Source: Desulfatiglandales bacterium (GTDB taxonomy: Bacteria > Desulfobacterota > DSM-4660 > Desulfatiglandales > HGW-15). Taken from it: DNA of 64,000 nt. A program made the position numbers and the translations under genes. Where the stretch lies: contig CAXXJJ010000001.1 in assembly GCA_963667015.2 (NCBI GenBank), positions 992,001 through 1,056,000 on the forward strand, given 5' to 3'. A model generated the notes under the pieces. The model searched no databases and was not told the DNA's origin. It saw only the letters and a program-made list of their open reading frames with translations. Positions 40,020 through 50,042 of this stretch are shown here, in pieces. How positions within the stretch are numbered: the first letter of the stretch is position 1; each line of letters begins with the position of its first letter.

Positions 40020-40168
40020 TCTGCTATATGTCAAAACTGACTTAACATATTGATATTGCTGATGAATGAGGTTAATTTTCATTGACTTGATGCCTTAGTG
40101 TCCATATACTCCCCTTATATTAAACCTAACAGGACTTCTAAAATACTTTTCTACAGGAGGATAGCTAT

Positions 40169-41887
40169 ATGGATTTTATTCGCGTTAATATGAACGACAA
40201 ATCAATAAAGACTGAAACAATGCCAGATGAATATGTTGGCGTTGGTGGCAGGGCATTAACTTCAATAATGATAAATAAAGAAGTTCCGGCAACATGTGAT
40301 CCGCTGGGCCCGGACAACAAGCTCATTTTTGCAACAGGCATGTTTTGCGGTACAAGCATGTTCAACTCAAGCAGGGTTTCTATTGGAGCCAAAAGCCCGT
40401 TGACAGGCGGCATCAAGGAAGCCAATGTCGGCGGTACTGCCGGAGCTGCCATGGGCCGTCTTGGTATTGGCGCAATCATAGTGGACGGAAATGCCCCTGA
40501 AGGTGATTTTAGTATCCTGAAATTTGACCTTGAGGGAAATGCCGAGTTTGTTGATGCAGCTGAATACAAGAGTATGAGAACCTATGAGCTTGTTGAAAAA
40601 CTCCATGCAAAATACGGTGATAAAAATGCAGTGCTCTGTATCGGTCCTGCCGGAGAACACAAGATGAAATCCGCCTCTATTCAGGGCAGCGATGTTGATA
40701 AACGTCCCTGCCGTGCAGCCGGGAGAGGCGGTCTTGGGGCTGTTATGGGAGCAAAGGGATTAAAGGCGGTCATTATTCCCCAGGGTGCTAAAAAGGCTCC
40801 CCAGGTAGCAGATAAGGATGCATTCAGCGCAGCCACAAAGGAGTTCGCCGCTATGGTTAAGGCAAACCCCTTTGAGGGTGAGCTCCTGCCCAATTTCGGT
40901 ACACCGGCCCTTGTGGCACCGGTCAACCTGATGGGGGCATTTCCCTGCTATAATGCAACAAAAGGTGAATATGAATCATGGCAGAAGATCAGCGGTGAGG
41001 CCCTGGCCAATACAATCAAGGAAAGGGGCGGACAGGTTGGTCATGTCGGCTGTTCACAGTGTATTATCCGCTGTTCCAATGTCTTTAATGACAAGGACGG
41101 AAATTATGTTTCCAGTTCAATCGAATATGAGACAGTATGGTCAATGGGCGGAATGACAGCCATAGATGATCTGGATACAATAGCTCGTCTGGATTTCAAG
41201 TGTGATGACATAGGCCTTGATACAATGAACACCGGAGTTGCAATTGCAGTTGCCATGGACTCAGGATACAAGGAGTTTGGTGATAAAGAAGGCGCCATTG
41301 AGATCATGGAAGAGATTGCAGAAGGATCGGAGATTGGTCGCATATTCGGGGACGGGCCTGCTGCTGTGGGTAAACATTTTAATAACCACAGGGTAGCCGC
41401 GGTCAAAAACCAGAGTATTGCAGCATATGACCCAAGAGGAATGATCGGCAACGGTGTTACATTTGCCACATCAACCATGGGCGCTGACCATACATCAGGT
41501 AACATGGTGTCCTTGTACCTGGGGCATATCCTGGATCCCCTCAAAAAAGAAGGCCAGATAGAAAACTCAAGAGAAAACCAGATCTTCTGCGCGGCCGCTG
41601 ACAGCATGGGGCTTTGCCTGTTCGCCATGTATTCAGCTGCTCCGCCCGAGGGACTGGCGGTATTTTTAAAACTGGTTAACTCAAGACTTGGTACAAACTG
41701 GACACCGGAGGACTACCGTAATCTGGGGATTCGTATTTTAAAGGCTGAAAAGGAATTCAATAAAAAGGCAGGCCTTACAAAGGAAGATGACAGGCTGCCC
41801 GAGTTTTTTCTTAAAGAACCCCTTCCTCCGCATAACGTTGTTTTCCCGTTTACGGACGAAGAACTGGACAGTACCCATAATTTTTAA
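40169..41887 (+). CDS. aor: Aldehyde:ferredoxin oxidoreductase family (usually tungstopterin)
   Basis: KSPLTGGIKE, AGRGGLGAVMGAKGLKAV, CSQCIIRC, EYET, YDPR, DDRLP. Confidence 0.92.
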   Translation: MDFIRVNMNDKSIKTETMPDEYVGVGGRALTSIMINKEVPATCDPLGPDNKLIFATGMFCGTSMFNSSRVSIGAKSPLTGGIKEANVGGTAGAAMGRLGIGAIIVDGNAPEGDFSILKFDLEGNAEFVDAAEYKSMRTYELVEKLHAKYGDKNAVLCIGPAGEHKMKSASIQGSDVDKRPCRAAGRGGLGAVMGAKGLKAVIIPQGAKKAPQVADKDAFSAATKEFAAMVKANPFEGELLPNFGTPALVAPVNLMGAFPCYNATKGEYESWQKISGEALANTIKERGGQVGHVGCSQCIIRCSNVFNDKDGNYVSSSIEYETVWSMGGMTAIDDLDTIARLDFKCDDIGLDTMNTGVAIAVAMDSGYKEFGDKEGAIEIMEEIAEGSEIGRIFGDGPAAVGKHFNNHRVAAVKNQSIAAYDPRGMIGNGVTFATSTMGADHTSGNMVSLYLGHILDPLKKEGQIENSRENQIFCAAADSMGLCLFAMYSAAPPEGLAVFLKLVNSRLGTNWTPEDYRNLGIRILKAEKEFNKKAGLTKEDDRLPEFFLKEPLPPHNVVFPFTDEELDSTHNF

Positions 41888-41890
41888 TAG

Positions 41891-42130
41891 ATGAAGATAA
41901 AAATTCAATTATTCGGGGTTCTTGGCAGAAAACTTCCTGAGTATGATTCTCCGGACGGGGTTGAAATAGAATTGCCCGATGGCTCAACTGCGGGGGATCT
42001 TCTTGAATACCTGAAGATACCTGAGAGTTGGGGCCCGGCAGTAGCCATGAACAGCCGTTTATTGAAACATGAAGACAGCATACAGAGTGGTTCTGAAATA
42101 AGGATATTTCAGGCCGTTCATGGTGGCTGA
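41891..42130 (+). CDS. MoaD/ThiS sulfur carrier
   Basis: 79 aa ubiquitin-like protein ending in GG, directly after AOR. Confidence 0.85.
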   Translation: MKIKIQLFGVLGRKLPEYDSPDGVEIELPDGSTAGDLLEYLKIPESWGPAVAMNSRLLKHEDSIQSGSEIRIFQAVHGG

Positions 42131-42135
42131 TCCAA

Positions 42136-42174
42136 AAAATAAGAGGGCGGGTATAAAGCCCGCCCTCTTATTTT
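42136..42174. terminator. Bidirectional intrinsic terminator
   Basis: 16-bp stem AAAATAAGAGGGCGGG/CCCGCCCTCTTATTTT between convergent genes. Confidence 0.85.
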
Positions 42175-42191
42175 AAATTTTAAAATGATAA

Positions 42192-43289
42192 TTAGAAGCG
42201 TAGAACAGCTTTAAGGGTTTTTCCTGCCTCAGCGTCTGCTACGGCCTCATTGATCTTCTCAAAGGGATAATACTTGATCATCTTGTCAAAAGGCATCTTT
42301 CCCTGTTTGTAGAGATCGATCAGTATCGGTAACAGGATATCTGAAACCGCATCGCCTTCAACAATGCCGGTGATGGTACGGCCATTGAGTATACTCTGCA
42401 TATCAAGGCTTGCCCTTACGCCCATTGGAGCTGCACCTATAAGCCCGCATTTACCTCCCATACGGAGACAGTCAACGGCCTGGCTCAGTATCTCAGGAAT
42501 TGCAGTACATTCAAGACTGTAATCTGCGCCGCCGCCTGTTATCTTCCGGATCTCTTCAACAGGATCACATTTTCCCGAATTAACAAAATGGGTTGCACCG
42601 AATTGTTTTGTGTTTTTCATTTTTTCGTCACTTCTGCTGACAACGATTATCTTGGTTGCCCCGGATACAGCGGCTCCCATGATTGCACTTACACCTACTG
42701 AACCGGTTCCTCCGAAGATAGCTATTGATGTGCCGGGTTTAACCTGAAGCGAATAAAAAACACCGCCCACACCGGTCTGCAGGGCACAACCAAGAGGTCC
42801 AAGCATCTCGACAGGAACATCTTTAGGTACTTTGACGACATTACGTTCTGATACGAGCGCATACGTAGCAAATGATGACTGGCCAAAGAAAGAACCATAA
42901 ACCGTCTGATCACCCTGTTTCATATATGTGCTTCCGTCAGGACGGGTTCCAAAAAAGTTAAAGGGGAAAAAACAATCACAATGGGTTGGATGGCCTTTTG
43001 TACATGGTTCGCAGGATCCACAGGAAATATAACTCATGGCCACATGGTCACCGGGCTGAACCTTTTTTACCAGTGAACCGACTTTTTCAACAACGCCTGA
43101 GCCTTCATGACCGAACACACCGGGAAATTTTACAGGCAAATGTCCGTGCTGGGCCGTTAAATCGGTGTGACACAGTCCGCAACCTTCCATGCGTACCATT
43201 ATCTCATTATCTCTGGGCTCTTCCAGTTCTACCTCTTCAATGACAAATGGGGCGCCCGCCTCTTTTACAATAGCTGCCTTGATTTTCAT
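42192..43289 (-). CDS. Zn-dependent (aryl-/benzyl-alcohol type) alcohol dehydrogenase
   Basis: CHTD, GHEGSG, CGSCEPC..C, FFGQSSFATY. Confidence 0.9.
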   Translation of the reverse strand: MKIKAAIVKEAGAPFVIEEVELEEPRDNEIMVRMEGCGLCHTDLTAQHGHLPVKFPGVFGHEGSGVVEKVGSLVKKVQPGDHVAMSYISCGSCEPCTKGHPTHCDCFFPFNFFGTRPDGSTYMKQGDQTVYGSFFGQSSFATYALVSERNVVKVPKDVPVEMLGPLGCALQTGVGGVFYSLQVKPGTSIAIFGGTGSVGVSAIMGAAVSGATKIIVVSRSDEKMKNTKQFGATHFVNSGKCDPVEEIRKITGGGADYSLECTAIPEILSQAVDCLRMGGKCGLIGAAPMGVRASLDMQSILNGRTITGIVEGDAVSDILLPILIDLYKQGKMPFDKMIKYYPFEKINEAVADAEAGKTLKAVLRF

Positions 43290-43796
43290 ACCCTTCCTCC
43301 TTTTAATAAGTACTATTAATAAATCTTTCTGATATCAAATATCTCTGGTTTTTTCCTGTTTTACTTTATATCATTCAGAAACTATTTCAGCAGGGAAATA
43401 AGCATTGATAAAAAATGCGGGTTTACTATTCTGCCGGAATGGAATCTTTGCAGGGTGATTTCTAATATCTCCCAGAGTGTAAAGCGCCTTAAGTTATTGA
43501 TAATAGGCACCTTTTAATGAGCAGTAATTATATGGGGTTCGGAAATGTATGTCAATAGAAAATCGTTCATTATATAATTCTATTGACAATGGATGTTCCA
43601 ATATTGAATCTTTTTGTAAATATTTCAGGTTTTCCTCAGTGATCTCGATTTTTTTGATCTGGTTAACAGCCATATATGCATTTTTTAAAAGTGGTTTAAA
43701 TGTCTTTATATCCGGAAAGAATGTTGTTTTCAGACCTTTATTGTTACCTGTTAAATAAGGAGTATTAATTGACCTATAGAATTAAGGATAACCGCC

Positions 43797-44222
43797 ATGA
43801 TAGAAATTACCAGCGATATAAATATACCGGAGAATGAGATAACCGAGGACTTTATACGTTCGAGCGGACCTGGCGGGCAGAATGTTAACAAGGTTTCCAC
43901 TGCTGTCCAGTTAAGGTTTGATGTTAAAAACTCACCTTCATTGCCGGAGGGTGTACGAAGGCGTCTTATCAGTCTGGCCGGCAGCAGAATCACAAAGGAC
44001 GGAGTTCTGGTTATCAAGGCTGAAAGGCACCGGACAAGGGAGCAGAATCGTAAAGATGCCGTTAACCGACTGGCGGACCTGATTGTAGCCGCTGCAAAGG
44101 TGCCGAAATACAGGGTAAAAACCAGGCCTTCTCAGGCATCAAGGATCAAAAGGCTTGAGACAAAGCAGAAAAGAGGACAGCTCAAAAGAAGGCGGGGGAG
44201 GGTGTCAGTTTCAGACTACTGA
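43797..44222 (+). CDS. arfB: Alternative ribosome rescue peptidyl-tRNA hydrolase ArfB
   Basis: RSSGPGGQNVNKVSTAV; basic C-tail. Confidence 0.95.
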   Translation: MIEITSDINIPENEITEDFIRSSGPGGQNVNKVSTAVQLRFDVKNSPSLPEGVRRRLISLAGSRITKDGVLVIKAERHRTREQNRKDAVNRLADLIVAAAKVPKYRVKTRPSQASRIKRLETKQKRGQLKRRRGRVSVSDY

Positions 44223-44241
44223 TTATTTCAGGGGGTAATAT

Positions 44242-45399
44242 ATGCTTATAAAAGAATGGTTTGGATTTCTTTCAAAAAAACAGAAGATAATTTTCATTTC
44301 TACAATATTATTAATGGCGTTAATCGTTGTGGCCGGATGCATCATTGCTCCCCCTTCACAGGAAAAGAAAGAGTTTGAATACAGCATTGAGATGTCCATG
44401 AAGGAGCTTGCACCGAAGCTTGGCGTAACGGGAAAGGCCCTTGCAAAGGAACTTAACCTGGCCCTGGATGCCCCAAAGGCAAAACCCCTTAAAACCCTTG
44501 GTATAACAGGTGAGCAGCTTGAGCATGTTGTTGAACATCTGCTCTCACATCTTGATGCTACTGTTAAGTATTATATCTATGGAGCCCTTTTTACTGGAGG
44601 ATTAATATACCTTTTAATTCTTGGGATTCCAGAAAATGCCCCCGCAGGAAAGAGACACTCTCATTATCCTCCCTCCATATATACCCTTTTCCTGCTTGCA
44701 TCGGTCATATTTACAGGTTTTATGCTGGGAAAATCTCCCAATCCCATGGAAGGAATCGTTAAGGTATTTAAATCAATGGTAGGGCTTTATCCTGATCCAT
44801 TTAACAAGGTAAAGGCCTTTATATTTTTCATCCTTCTCGCAATTGTCGGTAACAAGATAATATGCGGCTGGGCCTGCCCCATGGGCGCGCTTCAGGAGCT
44901 CATCTATAAGATCCCCCTGTTTAAAAGGTTAAAAAAGATAAAACTTCCCTTTATCCTTACAAATACCATAAGGGCCGGTTTTTTTATTATTGTACTGCTT
45001 TTTCTGTTCGGTATCATTGGTGCCAAAAGAGGGATGGTCATCTATCATTATATAAATCCGTTCAACCTTTTTAATCTGGAATTTGAGCTGGCAAGCATCT
45101 TTACAGCAGTGATTGTTATCATTATTTTTTCATTTATTGTCTATCGGCCCTTCTGCCAGTTTATATGTCCCTTCGGTTTTGTTTCATGGATTGCAGAGCG
45201 GGTAAGCATTTTCAGGGTAAGGATTGATAAAGAAAAATGCACAGAGTGCGGTGCCTGTATTAAGGCCTGTCCCCTTGAGGCTGCAAAGGGGAGAGTAACA
45301 GGAAGAATAGCACCGGCCGACTGTTTCAGTTGTGCCAGGTGCCTTAATATCTGCCCTGTAGATGCGATAAAATATGTTTCTGTATTTCGAAAGGATTAA
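44242..45399 (+). CDS. Membrane 4Fe-4S binding protein (NapH/MauN-like)
   Basis: CGWACP, FCQFICP, two CxxCxxCxxxCP motifs. Confidence 0.85.
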   Translation: MLIKEWFGFLSKKQKIIFISTILLMALIVVAGCIIAPPSQEKKEFEYSIEMSMKELAPKLGVTGKALAKELNLALDAPKAKPLKTLGITGEQLEHVVEHLLSHLDATVKYYIYGALFTGGLIYLLILGIPENAPAGKRHSHYPPSIYTLFLLASVIFTGFMLGKSPNPMEGIVKVFKSMVGLYPDPFNKVKAFIFFILLAIVGNKIICGWACPMGALQELIYKIPLFKRLKKIKLPFILTNTIRAGFFIIVLLFLFGIIGAKRGMVIYHYINPFNLFNLEFELASIFTAVIVIIIFSFIVYRPFCQFICPFGFVSWIAERVSIFRVRIDKEKCTECGACIKACPLEAAKGRVTGRIAPADCFSCARCLNICPVDAIKYVSVFRKD

Positions 45400-45410
45400 C
45401 TGTTTAAAAA

Positions 45411-45701
45411 ATGGATAAGGCAGAAGAAAAAGAAATCCGTATAGCGGAACAGGAAGAAAAAGAGGAAAAGAGAAAGATGTCGCCATTCGGTCACCTGTTC
45501 AGATTCTTTGGCTGGTGGTTCGGGTTTACAGGTCTTTATTCAATGTTCTCGGTTTGTCCCTTTTGCGGGCAGCAGGGTTGTCCTGTAGGCGTTGCATCCG
45601 CAGGGACGGCTGGGGCCTTTTTTGCACTTTGTCTCCAGGACTGGAAACTCCTTTTCAGGTTCTTAAAACAAAAAATGTTTAAAACTAAAAAATTATCCTG
45701 A
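45411..45701 (+). CDS. Small membrane protein with CPFC motif
   Basis: Operon position, SVCPFCGQQGCP. Confidence 0.6.
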   Translation: MDKAEEKEIRIAEQEEKEEKRKMSPFGHLFRFFGWWFGFTGLYSMFSVCPFCGQQGCPVGVASAGTAGAFFALCLQDWKLLFRFLKQKMFKTKKLS

Positions 45702-45774
45702 AGAAAGAGTCTGTTACAAAACCCAGTTATGTATTTTAAGAACCATTCCCATAAAACCAGCCCGGGAGATAAAT

Positions 45775-47070
45775 GTGACCAATATAATTAACAGCACTTA
45801 CAGTGTCTGTCCGGAATGCCTGAAAAGAATACCTGCAGTCATAACAAGGCATGGTAATGATTATTTTATCGAGAAAACCTGCCCTGACCATGGAAGTTTT
45901 TCCGCTGTGACCTGGCGGGGAGACAGCATTCCTATGGAGGAATGGGGGACTTACCAGCCACCGGCAGATGAGGATAAGCCGCCTGACTGCCCCAATGCAT
46001 GCGGACTTTGTCCCGGGCATCTGCAGAAAACCTGCTGCGCACTGATAGAGATCACAGATCGATGTAATCTGAACTGTCCCATTTGTTTTGCTCAAAGCGG
46101 AGAGGACTCTAATGACCCTGCAGTCTCGGAGATTTCGAAATGGCTAAAAGAGCTTGTAGAAAATGGGAATACCTTTGTGCATCTTTCCGGAGGTGAACCG
46201 ACTGTACGTGATGACCTGCCTGATATCGTAGCAGCTGCCAGGGATGCAGGGTGTGAAAGCATACAGTTAAATTCAAACGGGATCAGGCTTGGGCAGGACA
46301 GGGGCTTTACAAAGGCACTTGCTGAGGCTGGCCTTTCTTTTGTATTCATGCAGTTTGATGGTACTGAAGATCCCATTTACGAGAAGCTGAGGGGAAGGCC
46401 GCTTTTTGCCGAAAAACAGGCAGCAATAGAGGCCTGCGCAAAGGAACTGATCGGCGTAACCCTCGTTCCCACCCTGGTTCCGGGTGTTAACGATCATAAC
46501 ATAGGCGCAATACTGAAATTCGGTTTTGAACATTCCCCTGCAGTAAGAGGCGTTCATTTTCAGCCGGTAAGTTATTTTGGACGGTATCCCTATCCTCCTG
46601 AAGATAAGGACAGGATTACCCTCCCTGAGGTTTTATATCTGATAGAAAAGCAGACAGAGGGGAGAGTGAATATCTCGGATTTCCTACCGTCTGCATGTGA
46701 TCACCCAAGATGCGGATTTCATGGCGATTTTGTGGTCCTGCCTGAAGGGCTGATGAAGCTTACACATAAAAGCAACAGCAATGCATGCTGCAGCCCTGAC
46801 GGCACAGAACACCTTAAGAACAGGAACTTTGTTTCCAGAAGGTGGAAACGTACTGCTGTACAGAAAATGGAGAAAGACAACGGGAATGGCGTAATCAGCG
46901 ACTTTGATGTTTTTTTAAGGCAGGTCGAAACCCATGGTTTTACTATTACCGCAATGGCCTTTCAGGATGCCTATACCCTTGATATTGCGCGGTTACGAAG
47001 ATGCAGTCTGCATGTTTATAAAAACGGTAAAACAATTCCTTTCTGTTCGAGGTATCTGACAGGGTATTAA
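45775..47070 (+). CDS. Radical SAM protein (TrsS-like, Cys form)
   Basis: SVCPEC..CPDHG, CPNACGLC, CNLNCPIC, SGGEPT, HFQPVSYFGRY. Confidence 0.85.
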   Translation: MTNIINSTYSVCPECLKRIPAVITRHGNDYFIEKTCPDHGSFSAVTWRGDSIPMEEWGTYQPPADEDKPPDCPNACGLCPGHLQKTCCALIEITDRCNLNCPICFAQSGEDSNDPAVSEISKWLKELVENGNTFVHLSGGEPTVRDDLPDIVAAARDAGCESIQLNSNGIRLGQDRGFTKALAEAGLSFVFMQFDGTEDPIYEKLRGRPLFAEKQAAIEACAKELIGVTLVPTLVPGVNDHNIGAILKFGFEHSPAVRGVHFQPVSYFGRYPYPPEDKDRITLPEVLYLIEKQTEGRVNISDFLPSACDHPRCGFHGDFVVLPEGLMKLTHKSNSNACCSPDGTEHLKNRNFVSRRWKRTAVQKMEKDNGNGVISDFDVFLRQVETHGFTITAMAFQDAYTLDIARLRRCSLHVYKNGKTIPFCSRYLTGY

Positions 47071-47856
47071 ATGATTATGAATGACAATAATGATTCAAGG
47101 AAAATTATCTCTTCCGGCGCGGAGAACTCATGCTGTTCTCCGGAAACCGACGGCTCTACCGGGATATACAAATCAGGCTGCATGGTCTGCGGAGCCCCGC
47201 TGATCTATTACTGGAAAAACAAAGAAAGCATATGTTTTTTCTGCGGACAGTTTATGCAGGCCAATGCCGGGTGCCCTGTTGGTCATTTTGTCTGTGACCA
47301 CTGCCACAGCGCAGACGCCATAGAGATCATAAAAACCGTCTGCCTGAACAGCCGAGAGACCGATATGGTAAAGCTTATGAAGACCATACGGTGTCACCCT
47401 TTGTTCGGGATGCACGGACCGGAGCATCATTCCATGGTGCCGGCAGTTATTCTGACTGCCCTTAAAAACAGCGGGTATGAGATTTCAGATGATGAAATAT
47501 TTACTGCCATTGAGCGGGGGAAAACTGTCTGCGGCGGTGCGTGCGCATTCCTGGGTGTTTGCGGTGCCGCAATTGGTGTTGGCATTGCTTTATCTCTAGT
47601 CCTTAAAGCCGATCCCTATGATGGCGCCAAAAGACATTCTGTCCAGCAGGCTACACAGCGGGTGCTTGTAAAAATAGCATCATATAAGGCGCCGCGCTGC
47701 TGTCAGAGGGATTCATGGCTGGCATTGAGAGAGTGTGCTGCAATCCTGCAGGAAATTACAGGAAGATATCTTTCTGTTGATAGCATTGAATGTGATCAGT
47801 TTGAGGAAAATGAAGGCTGTATTTTGGGACAATGTCCGCTGTGGCCGTCACGTTAA
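47071..47856 (+). CDS. DUF5714-like Cys-rich protein
   Basis: GCMVCGAPL..GHFVCDHCH, MHGPEHH, GGACAFLGVCG, PRCCQR. Confidence 0.75.
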   Translation: MIMNDNNDSRKIISSGAENSCCSPETDGSTGIYKSGCMVCGAPLIYYWKNKESICFFCGQFMQANAGCPVGHFVCDHCHSADAIEIIKTVCLNSRETDMVKLMKTIRCHPLFGMHGPEHHSMVPAVILTALKNSGYEISDDEIFTAIERGKTVCGGACAFLGVCGAAIGVGIALSLVLKADPYDGAKRHSVQQATQRVLVKIASYKAPRCCQRDSWLALRECAAILQEITGRYLSVDSIECDQFEENEGCILGQCPLWPSR

Positions 47857-49157
47857 TTTCTGGAATCCAGGATTTTACGTTTGATCGTCCCGGTCGTAAA
47901 AAAATTTACATCCCCTTGTTCAATATTTAAAAGGAGTTTTCCTTTTACAAATAAATAAGAAAACTCCTTTTTTATCCTTTGGGCCATGGCGCCCAGATCG
48001 ACCCCGCTGGCGGCAGGACAGACTATGATATGCAGACATTCGTATCCGTTCACGGCTTTAAGCTCCGCCCCATAGGTCAGAACTGACGGCTCTTTATACA
48101 GCGCTTCATCGAGTTGTGTTATGGAGAGCGTATTCCCGTCAGCAAGACTGACAGGCTCGGCGATCCGGCCGGTGACGCGGTCCAGACGCCGAAGGATTGT
48201 GCCGCAGGGGCAGGCCTCAGTAAGAAACCGTGCCCTGTCACCCGTCCTGTAGCGTATAAGCGGCATGCCATGCCTTGTCAGGGTAGAGAACACAACCTCA
48301 CCGTATTCTCCGTCCCGGACCTGAAGTCCGCTTTCAGGGTCAACTACCTCAAACAAAAGATCTGCCTCACGCAAATGATAACCCTCTCTGACATCACAGG
48401 CCACACCTCCGCCAAATCCAGTTTCCGTCATTCCATAATGCTCGTAAACGGCCGCACCCCATGCGCTTTCAATGGCTTTGATCGCCGAGACAGGGACATA
48501 GTCCGCACTGAGTAAAACGCTTTTTACTGCTGGCCTGCAGGAACTGTTTTCACTCAGGCGGGCAATGGATGCAATCTGAGACGGTATCCCGACGATGCAA
48601 GTAATTTTTTCGCTGATGATTGTATCCAGTGCGTGCCTGTCGTCTTTTATTGGGCCGTAGATAATACTTTTACACCCGAAACGCGCAAGGCCCTGTTTAA
48701 GCAGGTCCCCGATGCTGCCTTCAGTCTCTCCAGGCATACAGATCATGACAATATCCTGTGCGTCCGCCATTGTCGTCATGCCGTGATGAAAAAAGTCCAT
48801 GGTGAGTTCCTGATCTTCTTTAGTAAAAAAAACGCGTTTGGGAACACCGGTCGTTCCGGATGTGCCAAGGGTGACTATGCGTCCCACTTTTCGGGGAGAT
48901 ACGCACAAAAAGCTGTTCGGGCCTGATGAAATATCCTTCGGTACCGTCATGGGTAAACGGGAGATATCTCCCATATCACGGATCCCGGCGGGATCAACCT
49001 TTACCATATGTGTTTTATAAAATCGGCTGTTGTTTTTTACATGGATAAGGGTTTCACGGAATTTATCAAGCTGGTATTCCCGCAGTCTTTCCAGGTCGAG
49101 CTGTCCGGGCATACCGGTTTTACCTGCTATCCATTTATCCAGGGGTGTTATTTTCAT
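47853..49157 (-). CDS. PaaK-like AMP-dependent CoA ligase (DVU_1553-like)
   Basis: TSGTTGVPKR, HYGMTE, MPLIRYRTGD, CPCG. Confidence 0.85.
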   Translation of the reverse strand: MKITPLDKWIAGKTGMPGQLDLERLREYQLDKFRETLIHVKNNSRFYKTHMVKVDPAGIRDMGDISRLPMTVPKDISSGPNSFLCVSPRKVGRIVTLGTSGTTGVPKRVFFTKEDQELTMDFFHHGMTTMADAQDIVMICMPGETEGSIGDLLKQGLARFGCKSIIYGPIKDDRHALDTIISEKITCIVGIPSQIASIARLSENSSCRPAVKSVLLSADYVPVSAIKAIESAWGAAVYEHYGMTETGFGGGVACDVREGYHLREADLLFEVVDPESGLQVRDGEYGEVVFSTLTRHGMPLIRYRTGDRARFLTEACPCGTILRRLDRVTGRIAEPVSLADGNTLSITQLDEALYKEPSVLTYGAELKAVNGYECLHIIVCPAASGVDLGAMAQRIKKEFSYLFVKGKLLLNIEQGDVNFFTTGTIKRKILDSRN

Positions 49158-49167
49158 GAGTCTCTTA

Positions 49168-49836
49168 TCATTCCTTTATTTTCCTGGCAATGATCAGGCG
49201 GTAACAGTGATCGGATAATTTAAATCCTTTGGAAAATCTGGTACAGAGGAATCTACCTGCTTCGCAGGCCCCTCCGAATTGCTCGGATATCTCTGCGGCA
49301 TAGGTGATAAGGGCCGGCGTATGATCCTCTCCGACTTCTATGGTGAATCCGAACTCAACGAGCCGGGATTCAAGCGTTGTAAAACATGGCAGTATAGACG
49401 GGCTATGTTCGTTCTGTCTTGCAAAAAGGTCGGATATAATCAGCTTTCCATTAATCCTGAGGGCGTCGGCGCATTCAGCAAGGATCTTATCATCAAAGTT
49501 CATGACCGAAAGCGAGCACTCAAATAAAACGGCATCAAGGCTATGGGATTTTAAGGGCAGCGATTTGGAGTCCCGGAGAATAAAATTGAGGCCGGGATTT
49601 TTCTGCTGACCGATACCTATAAGCGGCTCAGATATATCAATACCGGTCATTACAAGCCCGTATCTCCGGGTCAGATACCCTGCAGTTGATCCCGCTCCGC
49701 AGCCGATATCGGCTGCCTTCATGCCCTTATGAAGCCCTGCTAGCCTTGCGGCCCGGTCAGTCAGGCGCAGCCCGCCAGGATGCATGGAGTGATCCTTAAG
49801 AAAGGAAAATTCTTCGGATTCGTAAATATTGGTCAT
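49168..49836 (-). CDS. Class I SAM methyltransferase (DVU_1556-like)
   Basis: HPGGLRLT, DIGCGAG, ECSLS; start placed at MTNIYE. Confidence 0.8.
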   Translation of the reverse strand: MTNIYESEEFSFLKDHSMHPGGLRLTDRAARLAGLHKGMKAADIGCGAGSTAGYLTRRYGLVMTGIDISEPLIGIGQQKNPGLNFILRDSKSLPLKSHSLDAVLFECSLSVMNFDDKILAECADALRINGKLIISDLFARQNEHSPSILPCFTTLESRLVEFGFTIEVGEDHTPALITYAAEISEQFGGACEAGRFLCTRFSKGFKLSDHCYRLIIARKIKE

Positions 49837-49843
49837 TTGAACA

Positions 49844-50038
49844 TCATTTATCTTCCAGTTGTGCTTCCACCTCTGCCATACGGCCTTCGGCCAAGTCCTT
49901 TGGAATAAGACCGTTGCCGCACTTGGGGCATCGCATGATTTCATGGGAGAATGTGTGTCCAAGATATGAGAACAGCATTTTCTTCAGCACGAGTTCTTTA
50001 TCACATTTTGCGCATTTCCAGGATCTGTTCGACTCCAA
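49844..50038 (-). CDS. Small CxxC..CxxC protein (DVU_1557-like)
   Basis: WKCAKC..CPKCG..GRMAEVEAQLEDK. Confidence 0.8.
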   Translation of the reverse strand: MESNRSWKCAKCDKELVLKKMLFSYLGHTFSHEIMRCPKCGNGLIPKDLAEGRMAEVEAQLEDK

Positions 50039-50042
50039 GATC